A DNA stretch of 64,000 nucleotides, taken from assembly GCA_951406725.2 (NCBI GenBank), contig OX597817.1, positions 68,448,001-68,512,000 on the forward strand, in the 5' to 3' direction. The notes below the pieces were generated by a model that had not been told where the DNA came from, made no database searches, and worked only from the letters and a program-made list of their open reading frames with translations. Position numbers and translations under genes: made by a program. Below are positions 1 to 13,675 of this stretch, piece after piece. Position 1 is the stretch's first letter; the number at the start of each line of letters is the position of its first letter. The stretch comes from Octopus vulgaris. Lineage: Eukaryota.

Positions 1-90
1 AGCCTACGCTCTACAACAGGAAGGAACACCAAGAAACGAGGAGAAAAATATAAAGAATGTGTAGTGGCTAGCGAGGTATCATGGCGAATA
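1..90 (-). mobile_element. Truncated Penelope-like terminal repeat fragment (same family as 25825-25980 and 54590-54765)
   Basis: agcctacgctct..cag..gagaaaa..aaagaatgt matches the other two copies; ends in (TA)n. Confidence 0.55.
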
Positions 91-1245
91 TATATATATA
101 TATGTATATATATGCACATACATATTGTACATGCTTAGATTTGTTTCATGTATAGTTTGTTTATTTATTTATTGTAGAATGAATGCTTTTCAAACTTTTA
201 CAAGAAGTTTGAGAGTGACCTTTAAGTTTTGGCCAGCGGCCCTTTGTACATACACTCACACAGACACACATAATTACACACGCATACTCACAGGCGCGCG
301 CAATGAGTTTGCAAACAACTGGAAAAAGCGCTCTATACATAAGAACTAGAGTATAATTAATTTATTATACCACTGTGATTACTACTTTGTTATTCCTCAG
401 AATAGTATTTTTACTCCTGATCAAAGTTAGTTAAAGCACTTTTGCATTAACCGCAGAATTTGCGTCATCAGGCAATTTACTTGGAAAAAGTAAGAAAGAA
501 AAATAAACTAAATAAACGAATCTACTTCCAACAAATAAACATAGAATTGCTGCCGTTCTCATTTCACATTTGAGTGCTCTGTAGTATAATAGCTATCCGT
601 TGCAAATAAACACACACACACACACAGGCACAGACACACACACACACACAGACACATACATTCAAACACTTTCAATCAGACACATACATTCAGACATGCA
701 CGGACACATAATGATGTATACATTCAGATACACCCGTACTTATGCACACACATACCTTATTTGCTTCGACAATTATTGTCCGGATTTACAAAAACCTAGG
801 CTAGCATGAAATGAATATGAAAGTAAAACAATAGAAAACTAAACCCACCTGCATATAATATATATATGTATATATACATACATATATAGATAAACACACA
901 CATACATACGAACATATATATGCATGTATTTATTCATATATATATGTATGTATAAGTATATATATATACACACACACATATATATATATATGAATACATA
1001 CATATATATATTTATATATACGTATATATATATGTATACACAAATACATACACATATATGTATGTGTACATGCATTTATGCATATATATGTTTTTATATG
1101 TATATATGTATGTATATATATATATATATATACATGTATATATATGCATACATATATAAATATGCCAATCTCTCTCTATATATATGTATGCATATATATA
1201 CATATAGGTATACATATATACACATATATACATATCTACATACAT

Positions 1246-1293
<48 letters not shown>

Positions 1294-1654
1294 GCGTGTG
1301 TGTTTGTTGTGTGTGTGTATGTATATATATATATATATATATACACATACGAATATATTACCATTAACATCATCGATCATCATGACGATCACCATGTTTG
1401 TTAGCGTCGCAATCACCTATTTCTTTACGTCTTCTAATTAATTGCCATTTTATTTTCTAATGCAATTATCGAAAGACGCCACTGAAAGGGAGCGTGAATA
1501 TATTGTTTTCTTTTAGGCGTTGATAATGTAAAATCCATTTTGCTAAAAAGGGGACAAATTACATTTCTACTTCGGTGGATTGACAACACACTTTAGATGT
1601 ATGTCCATCTGTTTCCATAGTGAAACAGAACAAGCTGCTGAGAATGAACTACTT

Positions 1655-2385
1655 ACTTACCTACCTACCTACCTATCTACCTACCTACCCACCTACCTAC
1701 CTACCTACCTACCTACCTACCTACCTACCTACCTACCTACCTACCTACCTACTTACCTACCTACCTACCTACTTACCTACCTATATACATACATACATAC
1801 ATACATACATACATACATACATACCTATTTCTTTATTACCCACAAGGGGCTAAACATAGTGGGGACAAACAAGGACAGACATAGGTATTAAGTCGATTAC
1901 ATCGACTCCCTGTGCGTAACTGGTACTTAATTTATCGACCCCGAAAGGATTAAAGGCAAAGTCGACCTCGGCAGAATTTGAACTCTGAACGTAACGGCAG
2001 ACGAAATACGGCTACGCATTTCGCCCGGCGTGCTTACGTTTCTGCCAGCTCGCCTACCAACCTACCTACTTACCTACCTACCTACCTACCTACCTACCTA
2101 CTACATACATACATACATACATACATACATACATAAATACCAGCTAACCAATCCATCAACCTGCCTATCAACCTACCTACCTACCTACCTACATGCCTAC
2201 CTAACTACCTGCTTAACTACCTACCTACCTACCTACCTACCTACCTACCTACCTACCTACCTACCTACCTACCTACCTACCTACATACCTACTTACCTAC
2301 CTACCTACCTGCCTGCCTATCTACCTACCTACCTACCTACCTACCACCTACATACATACATACATACATACATACATACATACAT
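1655..2385. repeat. (TACC)n/(TACA)n microsatellite split by a SINE
   Basis: Tetranucleotide runs at about 1655-1823 and 2055-2385. Confidence 0.9.
1824..2054 (-). mobile_element. tRNA-derived SINE, family A
   Basis: Reverse complement of 18176-18407: head gagctggcagaaacg..gagttcaaatt, body gactttgccttt.atcctttcggggtcgat. Confidence 0.9.
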
Positions 2386-2886
2386 GTGCATGCGTCTGTT
2401 ACGTTTCATCTTTCCCTATTTCAGTCATTGGACTGACGCCATGTCGGGGTTCCCCCTTGAAGTGTTTTTCTCGAACAAATCAGCACCATTACTTACTTTA
2501 AAATTGATAGTTATTCTGTTGGCCTCTTGCTCAACTGCTGAGATAAAGGCCCTTAAAGAAACAAACACACAAACACAGACACAAAGATGCATACGCAAAC
2601 ACACACAAACGCACACACATAAGACATATACATACACATGCATACATTCATACATATACATAAATATATACGTGTATAAGTATATATGCACATAGATATA
2701 TACGTGTATACATGTATATATACATACATATATTTATATATATGTGTGTGTGTATTTATACATATACATACATATATGTATATATATATATATACATACA
2801 TACAGATATGTATATATATATATACATACAGATATGTATATATATATATATACATACATACATGCATACAGATAAGTATATATATA

Positions 2887-2976
<90 letters not shown>

Positions 2977-3419
2977 GGTATGTTAAAGCACGTGGTTAGA
3001 TGTATAAAAGACAAAATAGAGTGAAAAAACTAAAGAAGACTTGTGTTATATGGTTAAAGAATATATTTAAATTGTTATGTTAGAAAAATATTCTAAATTT
3101 CTGTGTAAAGTTACCGGTTTCGTATTTTCTTTTCATATTTCGCAAATTTCTTTACCGATATTGTGTCATCTCTTCGCTAAGAGTGAAGTGAGAAAGTTCC
3201 AGACATGGGAAGGTAATCCTGGATTTTTCGGTATAAGGGAGATAATCAAAAATTTTGGGAATGACTAGGTATTTGAATTTAACATGATTTGGTTTAGGAA
3301 GAATAGAATGTTAGAAGTGGTTAAGTTTTGCTTTATATTTTTTCAATGAGGTAAATTTCCTTATTTAAAATTGCTATAAATGGTTAATAAGGTTTAGCTT
3401 ATATTTTTCAATAAATTGT

Positions 3420-3479
<60 letters not shown>

Positions 3480-5452
3480 ATGATTTTGATTTTCACGCGT
3501 TCTACGTCAACCATATTCACTCACAAGGCAATAGTCAGTCGCAGTCAATTGTAAAAAACCAATGACGCAAATATCATACAGTGGGACTGACACTGAAACC
3601 ACATGGTTGCAAAGTGAGCTTCTTAACCACATAGTAACTCCTGCGCGTATAACCAGCATGTGATCTGTATGAGGCACGGAACCACGTCATTTGTGTGTTG
3701 TTGTTCTCATTGTTCAGTCTCAGATCATCTCTGAGTGCGCTGATCTAGGATCAAAATGTATTCCTGTCATGACAGTCTCATCTCCCTTAGAAATACGTAG
3801 GACTATACTATCTAATAATGTGCTATCCTTATGCTAGAACACGGAGATGCCCTTTGAGAGATATTTTACTGTTATTTCTAAAAGTAGACGGAACGCGTAC
3901 AGCTCAGGCCATTGGCTCGATATATGATCAAAAAACTTTTTACATTCCTAGTTAACCTATTTTATTTCTCAGGTATTGCACACCTACGATAGCAATATTC
4001 AACGTAGCCTTTCTCAAGATTGTAGTATGTGATTTGAGAGAGATTTGGCTCCTATATCCAACTTCAAGCCACCAGGTAGAGGTTTCATCTGGATGCTGTT
4101 TAGCCTCAGATCAGCTCTTTGATCATAGGCAAACCGATCAAGGCGCTTCAATCACGACTCCTCCATGTTTTTACTTACGGTAGAAGTTGCGTATTGTTAT
4201 TACGCAGATTACTTCGGGACAAAGCCTTTCGACAATAATCGGCTGAAAATACATTTAACAATTACTAAGTTTGATAACGTTAACGTCTTAAAAGCATCAT
4301 CCGTAATTATAATTAGCAGCTTTCATTCTATATTAGGGATAAAGTTGTCAAGAGTATTCTTAGTTAAGTTGGTTTGAACAATGAATATTTGGATGATATT
4401 CTTTGCGAATGTTGGAACTAATGTTGAAGTCCCTCTAGTGACGGTTTTATGTTCTTTTATATTGTACAGTACGCTTGCCTTCCGTAACCCCATGGGAAAG
4501 TTTCCATTAAAGTGTTGGTAGTTGATCGATTTAAGCTTCTTTCTGACCAGTCCCAAGAGAGCAAGACATGACTATCTAGGGCATTATCCAATATCATCCC
4601 CATTTTCATTGGAGAAAGATGCTGTATACATTATCGTTCTCCCTTAAATGTGAGTAATATCAATACAAGTAAAATTTGACTCCAGTGTGATGCAAGTAAA
4701 ATTTCGAAGCTATATGTAGAAAGTCGAACGTCCATATAAAGTTGGTAGAATATGATTTGATCGTGTTTGATTGCTATTTGTAGCTAATCAAAGAAAGGAC
4801 TGTGTAGAAGCTATCTTGTTGGGTTGTATAATAACAATTTGAACAAATCGCTGTTATATTTCTTGCCAACGGCTTTAACACACACTGCGTGCGTGAGGAA
4901 ATTCATTTAATTCTCAATGGCTAGATTTAACTAATTAGCTAGACGAGGGTTAACCTATATATACATATATATAGAGAGAGATTAATTGATGAGAGAATAC
5001 CGAAGTGAAGTTTGTCTACATCGTGGCCTGTGGGTTTGGTATAGTATGCTGGATCGTAAGTTCAACTTTCTTTTAAATAACCCCAATTCTATGAGCTTGA
5101 AACTCGTCTCGAATTAGAAGGGCGGGTTTCTTTAAGAAGCAGCCAATATTCATGGGCCACTCTCTATCCACATTTTAATTCCACCTGACCTATTAAAGCC
5201 ATTCACATGAACACGAATATGAAATCCATTTGGTATTATTTCTTTTAAACACAATTGTGTAGTTCAGCTTTTCATGATTTAGCTCCTTTGCATTCTATCA
5301 TCTAGTTTCATTTTATTTTTAAATGTCAGAGGGATTTCGTCCATATTTAATATCTGTAGATGATTAAAATTTCCTTTATCTTTTTCATTAATAACATGAA
5401 TATTAAACTCAGCGATTTCTATCTTATTTCAAGGATATAGGTATCTCTCCAT

Positions 5453-5454
<2 letters not shown>

Positions 5455-5543
<89 letters not shown>
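5455..5543. repeat. (TATC)n microsatellite
   Basis: Perfect tetranucleotide run. Confidence 0.95.
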
Positions 5544-5544
<1 letters not shown>

Positions 5545-6475
5545 ACACAGAAAGGCATATATAATCTAATTATAGTTTGACTAGGCTTCATGCAAATTTC
5601 GTAGGTTCGTAGAACGAACCTAAGTCGTCAGGTATCTAGAGAGATTAACAGGAATTTAGGCAAATTAAAGATGGTGTCTTCATGCTATGTCAACTCAGGT
5701 CACAAAGTATTATACGTCTGGAAGTGACATCGAATATTTTATTTGTTCTTATGCCCGTTTAGGTTCTTGGATAGAACCTAAAGCGAAAAGTTCTGTGGAA
5801 CGAAATTGCACTTTTAGCCAGTTTGGTAGCATGCTGTAAAGAGGATGGATTGTAGAAGTAGAGAGAGGAAAAGTAACTGTGTTTATGTTCATTGTGTGTG
5901 TAAGATATGTGTTGCTATTTACGTCTATGTATGAAGAGGCGTGCGCGCGTATTTGTGTGTTAATGTCTGCATTTTATGTATTTGCATGTGGTCATGGTTT
6001 GTTGTGCATATTTGTGTGAATATACAACTATTATGATTTGAACGATGTGGAGCGTTGTAGACGTATGACACAAGAGGTAGGTAAGCTACTCTCTCACCTC
6101 CACTGCTTCTACAGTCCCTCGGCTTCGCATTCATATATATGTATTCACACTGCATCGCATATCTTTCGCGCGCATTACTACATATAAATCTACACACACA
6201 CACAAACATATGCACACACAAACACACACACACGCGCAAACAAACACACGCATACATACATACACACAAAATATCCACGCATATAATTCCCTTGCCCATT
6301 ACCTCCCATTACTATTGCTGACTAATCAGTAAATCCACATTCATTTCTCTCTAATTTCTGTTTTGTTTCTTCTTTCTTTCAGAAAAGGACACGAAAATAA
6401 CTACACTCGTAATTTCTTTCCATACAAATATCTAACTCTTCCTTTGCTACTCTTTCTTTTCTCTTTTCTTCTCTT

Positions 6476-7160
6476 TTTTTGTTTTGAGGAAGGATCAGAG
6501 TCCAAAACGTAAAGCATTTTCTTTTCCTTCCTTTCAACATTAACCTGAATTTATATTCATTATATTTCCGTTATTTGTTCCTTTTCTTTTATTGAATCGT
6601 TTCTCTAATCTTTCATCCCACTGATGCAAGATTTAGAATTTTTTACCCTAACATTACCTTATTTGGATTACATGGGATTTACAGGAAAATCATACCCATT
6701 ATTCACAAGCGCGTATAACCTTCTAGCAAGAACCATGCTTTTGATAATTGTTTTAAGGGTCTTTGTAATAGTGAGCAGTCTTAGAGTTCTCGGCCAACCC
6801 ACCCCTAGACCTAGCAGAACACCGAGGTTATGACAGCTGGAGGGCGAGAGGGGCTACACTACACTAGGTTAGTATTCCTTTTCAGTTTTGCAGACTAGCG
6901 CAGCATGAAAAGAAGCGATTTGTGGATACAGTGGATACAGTGGTGCCGCTGGTCCAGGAACCGAATCGACGATTAGGCACCTAAAAATACCTAAAAGATT
7001 GTAAGTCCTGCATCAGTGTGATAAAAGAAAACAGGGAAACGTCTCAGGATCAAAAAGGAACAAATAGCGGAAATATAAAGATGATAAATTTTTGTTAATG
7101 TTGAAAGGAAAAAAAGAAACTGCTTTAAGTTTTGGACTCTGGTCCTTCCTCAAAGCAAAA
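6476..7160. repeat. Inverted pair of about 165-bp repeats (6476-6642 and 6993-7160), Penelope-LTR-like, with a degenerate hammerhead-like motif
   Basis: ttgaggaaggatcagagtccaaaacgtaaagc at 6484 is the near reverse complement of gctttaagttttggactctggtccttcctcaa at 7122; similarity continues through ctgatgca. Confidence 0.7.
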
Positions 7161-7342
7161 GAGAGAAGAAAAGAGGAAAGACAGACTAGAAAAGGAAGAG
7201 TAAGATATTTCTATGAAAGGGAATTGCGAATGTGCTTAGTTTTGTATCAGTAATGTACCTATAATGATTACTGGAAACAGTTGTAAGCTAAATTTGCTCC
7301 AATAAAGGAATTATATGTAATGACCATTATTTTAAACTTGTT

Positions 7343-7735
7343 GTGGCTGTGTGGTAAGTAGCTTGCTAACCAACCACATGGTTCCGGGTTCAGTCCCACT
7401 GCGTGGCCTCTTGGGCAAGTATCTTCTGCTATAGCCCCGGGCCGACCAATGCCTTGTGAGTGGATTTGGTAGACGGAAACTGAAAGAAGCCAGTCGTATA
7501 TATGTAAATATATATGAGTGTGTGTGTGTGTGTCTGTGTTTGTCCCCCTAGCATTGCTTGACAACTGATGCTGGTGTGTTTACGTCCCCGTCACTTAGCG
7601 GTTTGGCAAAAGAGACCGATAGAATAAGTATTGGGCTTACAAAGAATAAGTCCCTGGGTCGATTTGCTCGACTAAAAGGCGGTGCTCCAGCATGGCCGCA
7701 GTCAAATGACTGAAACAAGTAAAAGAGTAAAAGAG

Positions 7736-7736
<1 letters not shown>
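7343..7736 (+). mobile_element. tRNA-derived SINE, family B (internal (TA)n/(TG)n, LINE-like 3' tail)
   Basis: gtggctgtgtggtaag..ggttcagtccc head, ttgggcaagt core, ggcggtgctccagcatggccgcagtcaaatgactgaaac tail; near-identical to 62807-63229. Confidence 0.9.
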
Positions 7737-7785
<49 letters not shown>

Positions 7786-7843
7786 CATGTATGTATGTAT
7801 GTATATATGTATGTGTGTGTGTATGTATCTACGTGTATATGTA

Positions 7844-9144
7844 TAGGGACTCCCAGAAAGATTTACCCATGTTTGAAACTCTTCCTAAAGAATATCGGTT
7901 CAGGTAATATTATCTACATTTTACATAAATATTTGCATACTTTTGTTCATATGTCTATTGTTTCCTTCGTCTATAACTGGTTTGTAAACAAACATGGCGT
8001 CGAAAGCAAAACATGACCAGATTGTTACTTTGAAAACAGCTGGAGTGAGCAACAGGGGCATAAACCAGTTGAAGGTGTGCTGGTGTGCTGTAAAACTGTT
8101 CAATAACTGGAAACGATATATGGAGTCCGCTAATACCTCTAGCAAGGCAATTCCTGGTAGGAAACGATGAATTCGTACCTAACAAACTGTTGAAGATGCG
8201 AAGAAGCGAATGAACCGAAATCCCCAGAGGAGTGCAAGAAAAATAGCAAAAGCTATTAATTTTTCTAAATCATCAATGTGCAGGGATTTTAAAGAGGATT
8301 TACGACTAATTGCATACAAGAAACAATCCCGGCAGCTTCCAATATCAGTAGCTTCCAAAAAGAAACGGCTCAACAGGAGAAAATCCACGTTAGCTTAGAT
8401 GAAGCGCGTCGTTAACTAAGTGTTGATCTGGTCCGACGAGTAGATCTTCCACGTGGAGGCAATTGCCAACAGGATGAATGACAGGCTTTATGCACGTAAT
8501 GCAGGAGACATGACCGAATTTAGCAGGAGTCATTTACGCCAGAAGCCAGATTCATTCATGATGCGGGCAGCAGTTGCATCTGTGGGTCCGAGTCACCCTT
8601 GATCTTCATCAATGCTGGCGTCAAGACCAACAGTGAAGTTTGTATGGAAATGTTGGATGAGAAAGTGTTACCCTTGGTTACAGAAACCGTTGGTGACAGT
8701 TACATCTTCTCTCAAGACGGGGCTCCGGTCCATACATCCAATTTGACACAGAGGTAGTGCAAATAGCTCTTCAGCGGTTTTGGGGACAAGACGATATGGC
8801 CTCTCTCAAGTCCAGGTATCAATCCCATGGACTTTGCTATCTGGCCCATCTTAAAGAGTAATGTTTCCACTCGCTCCTATTCAAATGTGTCAGATCTGAA
8901 GAAAGTCCTGTTTTCATGGGTCAAGTTGGATGACGAGTTGATAATGACACTCATGCAACTCAGTGACCACTCGTTTGAAGGCTATGATCAAGGCGAAATG
9001 TAGTCATTTTGAAATGTAATTTCTGCAATGGATTGATTGACAATTTATATTAGAACCTGTGAGGTCAAATTTCATTACCCCGCCTTAAGTATATTTTGAA
9101 TAATTAGGAAATATCAGTGGGTAAATCTATCTGGGAGACGATGC
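7844..9144 (+). mobile_element. Tc1/mariner-superfamily DD37D (maT-like) transposon with transposase pseudogene
   Basis: TIRs ctcccagaaagatttaccca and tgggtaaatctatctgggag; HTH-like RNPQRSARKIAK; WSDE; QDGAPVH..WPLSSPGINPMD with 37 residues between the two D; internal stops. Confidence 0.85.
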
Positions 9145-9194
<50 letters not shown>

Positions 9195-9195
9195 T

Positions 9196-9331
<136 letters not shown>

Positions 9332-9712
9332 TTGTCATTATTCTGCTTTATTTCAAGATTTCTTGCCAACAGAGAAAGAGCCGGTTTCTAACCAAGATCC
9401 AAGGCTCCTTCATTGGAATTTCAACATCAACAACATGTTATGTATGTATGTATGTATGTATGTATCCTAGCGTGGAGTGAGAACCGTTGCATTCGAAGAC
9501 CATGGTAATTCAACTAAACTGTTTGCTCTTACGCCAATGTTCACATTGCATTTCATATCCAGCGAGAACGATGAAATAAGTACATGATAGATTACTGGTA
9601 GTGGAGGTGGCACTCTATGTATTCAACTAAAAAATAATCCTTGGAAGTGGTGCCCCAGCATAGTCGCCGTTCAACGACAAACCAAATTTTATCTTTCTTT
9701 TTTTTTAGTTTT

Positions 9713-9903
9713 ATTTCAGTTATTAGACTGTGGCCATGGCGGGAGAACGCCTTGAAGAGTTTTTATTCAAATGTATTGACTCCAGTACAAATCTTTTTAA
9801 AACCTGATACTTATTTTATCGATCTTTTTTGCCGAAACGCCATGTTATGGGGACGTAAACACACCAGCACCAGTTGTCAAGCAGTGATGGTCGGACAACA
9901 CAG

Positions 9904-9948
<45 letters not shown>

Positions 9949-10132
9949 CACACACACTCACATACATATATGTATACAACAGGCATCTTCCAGTTTCTGC
10001 CTCTCAAATCCAATGACAAAACCTTGGTTGGCCTGAGGCTAAAGTAGAAGACACTCGCCCAAGGTGCCACACAGTGGGCCTGAACCTGGAACCATGTGGT
10101 TGGGAAGCAAGCTCCTTACCACACAGCCACGC
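9713..10132 (-). mobile_element. SINE family B, diverged
   Basis: Reverse complement of the family B head, core and tail. Confidence 0.85.
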
Positions 10133-10674
10133 ATAAAGAAAGGTGACAAAATACGTTATAATGTTGAATATCACAAACTACTAACTACTGATCATGCTTC
10201 AAACACATTATACAAGCACTAGAAGATATCTTTTCAACGTTATTAAAAATAAAAATATCTTCACGAATAAAATATAAATCACTGTCTAGATAAAGACATG
10301 ATTGTAGATGTGCCTCCACGTCCCAGTGTTCAAGAATGTCTCAATCCACCGTAGAAAACTATACGTATATATTACATTATTATATTTTTTTTCAATTAAT
10401 GTCATGCCAATCAGCACATTTCTTATAACTAATAGGAACCAATATTGGAAGTAATGTTACCAAAAATAAAAAAAAATAAAATAAAAAAAAATACGTGGAC
10501 ATAACATAATATATCGTTCTAAAGAAAGACGTTCTGACGATAATGCTATATGATATTGAAACATCCATAAAATGGAGCTGGGAACATTTTTATATGAGTC
10601 GTGTTTTTAATCAAATATGTCGGAACAAAAAGAAAGAAGTTGCTTTTAATCTTAAATGGCAACACTCATACCAA

Positions 10675-11133
10675 TGATGTTGATGATGGTGGTGGTGGTG
10701 GTGATGAGGATGATGATGATGATGGTGGTGGTGGTGGTGATGATGACGGTAATAATGATGATGGTGATGGTGATGATGATGATGATCATGATCATGATCA
10801 TGATCACGATGATGATGATAATGAACATCATGATCATGATCATGATGAGAAGGAGGATAATAAGAATGATGATGGCCATAGTAATGACGATGATGATAAT
10901 GATAATATTATTAATATTATTATTGTCATCATCATCATCATCATCATCATCATTGTTGTTATTTAAAATAATAGAAATAACGACATAAACATCAACAACA
11001 GCAATAATAATAATAATGATGCTGTTGATGATGATTACAATAATAATAATAATAATAATAATAATGGGTATACTGGGTTTCGTATATTTTACCCCAGTGT
11101 CACTTTGATGGCATGCACTACTCTCTCACTCAA

Positions 11134-11225
<92 letters not shown>

Positions 11226-11297
11226 TTAATAATGATGATGATGATGATGACGATGATGATGATAATGATGGTGATGATGATGATGATGATGATGATG

Positions 11298-11362
<65 letters not shown>

Positions 11363-11368
11363 AATAAT
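10675..11368. repeat. Compound trinucleotide microsatellites (GAT/GGT/CAT/AAT/TAC)
   Basis: Directly visible; source of the poly-D/N/M ORFs. Confidence 0.9.
11064..11131 (+). mobile_element. 3' tip of an (AAT)n-embedded retroposon (matches the end of 60331-60880)
   Basis: ttcgtatattttaccccagtgtcactttgatggcatgcact.ctctctcactc shared. Confidence 0.75.
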
Positions 11369-12262
11369 AAATGGTCAACACTTTTATCTCTTGGTTCCAT
11401 CTTTACAAAAAAAATGTCAGTTTCTAGCATTTGAGATGATAATGTTAGTTCAAGAACACGCACAATTTGCTGAAATGTAGCCTTTGTAGGAATATTTTTC
11501 TATCTTTTTCCCTTTCACTTTTTTGTATTATAGAGAAGAGAATGAATAATAATAAAAGTAAAATACTACCATTATTGTTAAGTTTGCAAGCATAGCTTAA
11601 TCCAGTGACTGACCGAGAAGCTATCAGCTTTAGTTATTGGGTTTCAGAGAACCTATCACGTATGAGCAACTGATGCTGTGGGCGAAAAGGTGAAGGGAAG
11701 GGTGGTCACATGTGCATAAATACAAACCCATGTTCAAACAAATGAATGTATATATGTATACACACACACACACACACATGCACATATGTACGTATGTATG
11801 TATTATGTGTGCGTGTATGTGTTCTGTTATTGACGGGTTGGCCTAGTCTTTCATATTAAAGCGTGGCTTGGAATAATGGAACAATGGCATAAAAATAGAT
11901 AAATAAAATATGCCAAAAATTTGTAGACAAGCATTTAAGCTTGTTGAATAAATTAAATGACAAGAGATTATTACTATCATCATCATCATCATCATCGTTG
12001 TTGTTGTTGTTGTCGTCGTCATCGTCGTCGTGCAAAATCATCGCATGCCATCAATCATGAAGCCAGAGCCGTTATTAATATAAATATTCTGGTCACTATC
12101 ATCTTTCTGACCATAAAATCTTTGTTCGACATTATCATCAGAAGTGACCTCCAACAATCACCTGCGTCTCTTTACATCCTTACTTCTCTGCTTGCTATTA
12201 ATCCTTCTATCATAAATCATTCTTCTTTGCAACACTACAATATTCAATATATATATGTATTT

Positions 12263-12294
<32 letters not shown>

Positions 12295-12336
12295 CTATAG
12301 ATATATATGTGTGTGTGTGTGAGTGTCTGTGTGCGT

Positions 12337-12397
<61 letters not shown>

Positions 12398-12415
12398 AAT
12401 ATATATACATAATAC

Positions 12416-12446
<31 letters not shown>

Positions 12447-12616
12447 CATTCATATATAATACATACATGTATATATGCACACGTATATTTTTATAAACGC
12501 ACAAAGCATTCGAACCTTGAGTCACACTGATACTTCTGCTAAATATTTATAAAAATATACATATATCCATATTGTGAGTTCTAAGTTTCCTGTTTGCATA
12601 AACATGTCTGTATATA

Positions 12617-12677
<61 letters not shown>

Positions 12678-12679
12678 TT

Positions 12680-13480
12680 ATATAAATGTATGTATATATA
12701 TGCATATGTACATACATATATGTACATACCTACATACATATGTATATACACATGCATATATGTCTGCAGGACATCAAAACAAAAAGAACGTGAACAGAAT
12801 GAGAAACGGGAACATAAAAAACAAAAACATAGAAAACGAACTTTTTTCGAACAATGAAAAAACACTCCCTCTCTTGTCCTTCTTCCTTTCTCTATTCTCT
12901 CCCACCCTTTCCTCATTCTTCTACTCTCCCCTTCACTGTTCCCTCTCTCTCTCTTCCTCCTTGACTCTCTCGTTGGTGACGTGTGAGCCATTCTCTCTTT
13001 CTTCCACTTCCTTCCTAAAGACAAGATGTGTTTCTGTCTGTCTCTTCTTGAAGCTCGTTTTTCCAAGCGTTCACCACTTCACACAGTCTTGGCTTAACAG
13101 CCCTCACCGTTTATTTTCACTGCTTTGTTCTCAATGTCCTGTTTTTATTATCCCTCTCACCCTCCACAAAAAATCCCAAATTTCATTTAATTTGCTTTGC
13201 GGGAAGGACTGTTTTAACGAAGTCGAGTATTGTCCTTATCTTCGAAAGCGGAGTAGATAAAACAGGGGACAACTGACGAAGGGAATGTTCTTTATGTTGC
13301 ATGTCTCATTTCTCTGTTTGTTTCTTTCATTGATCCATAAAAAGTCCGTTTTCTATGTTTTTGTTTTTTATGTTCTCGTTTCACATTGTCTACGTTTTTT
13401 TATGCCTTGTACCCATATATGCATGTTTATATATGTAGGTATGTACATATATGTATGTATATATGCATATATTTATATAT
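12680..13480. repeat. Fold-back element with inverted arms 12680-12863 and 13318-13480, Penelope-LTR-like
   Basis: gaacataaaaaacaaaaacatagaaaacg versus cgttttctatgtttttgttttttatgttc; ctgacgaag at 13273. Confidence 0.65.
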
Positions 13481-13524
13481 TATTTATATTACTATATGAT
13501 CGAACGCCACGCATCCTTTTCCAA

Positions 13525-13562
<38 letters not shown>

Positions 13563-13675
13563 CTATACACACATATATATATATATACACATGTATATAT
13601 ATGTGTGTGTGTACGTGTGTATGTATATATATATACATATATGTATATATACATGTATATGTATATATGCATATA

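Noticed and set aside
839-3014. YI/HT/CV/PTYL-rich ORFs here and throughout the window
   Set aside because: Translations of (TA)n, (CA)n and (TACC)n tracts, which lack stop codons in several frames.
3040-5450. Possible old LINE coding fragments (about 3040-3410, 4320-4560, 5050-5450)
   Set aside because: They look like decayed coding sequence, but I recognised no diagnostic motif.
10601-11480. Asp/His/Asn-rich ORFs as metal-binding or biomineral proteins
   Set aside because: Compound trinucleotide microsatellites open in most frames, with no supported exon structure.
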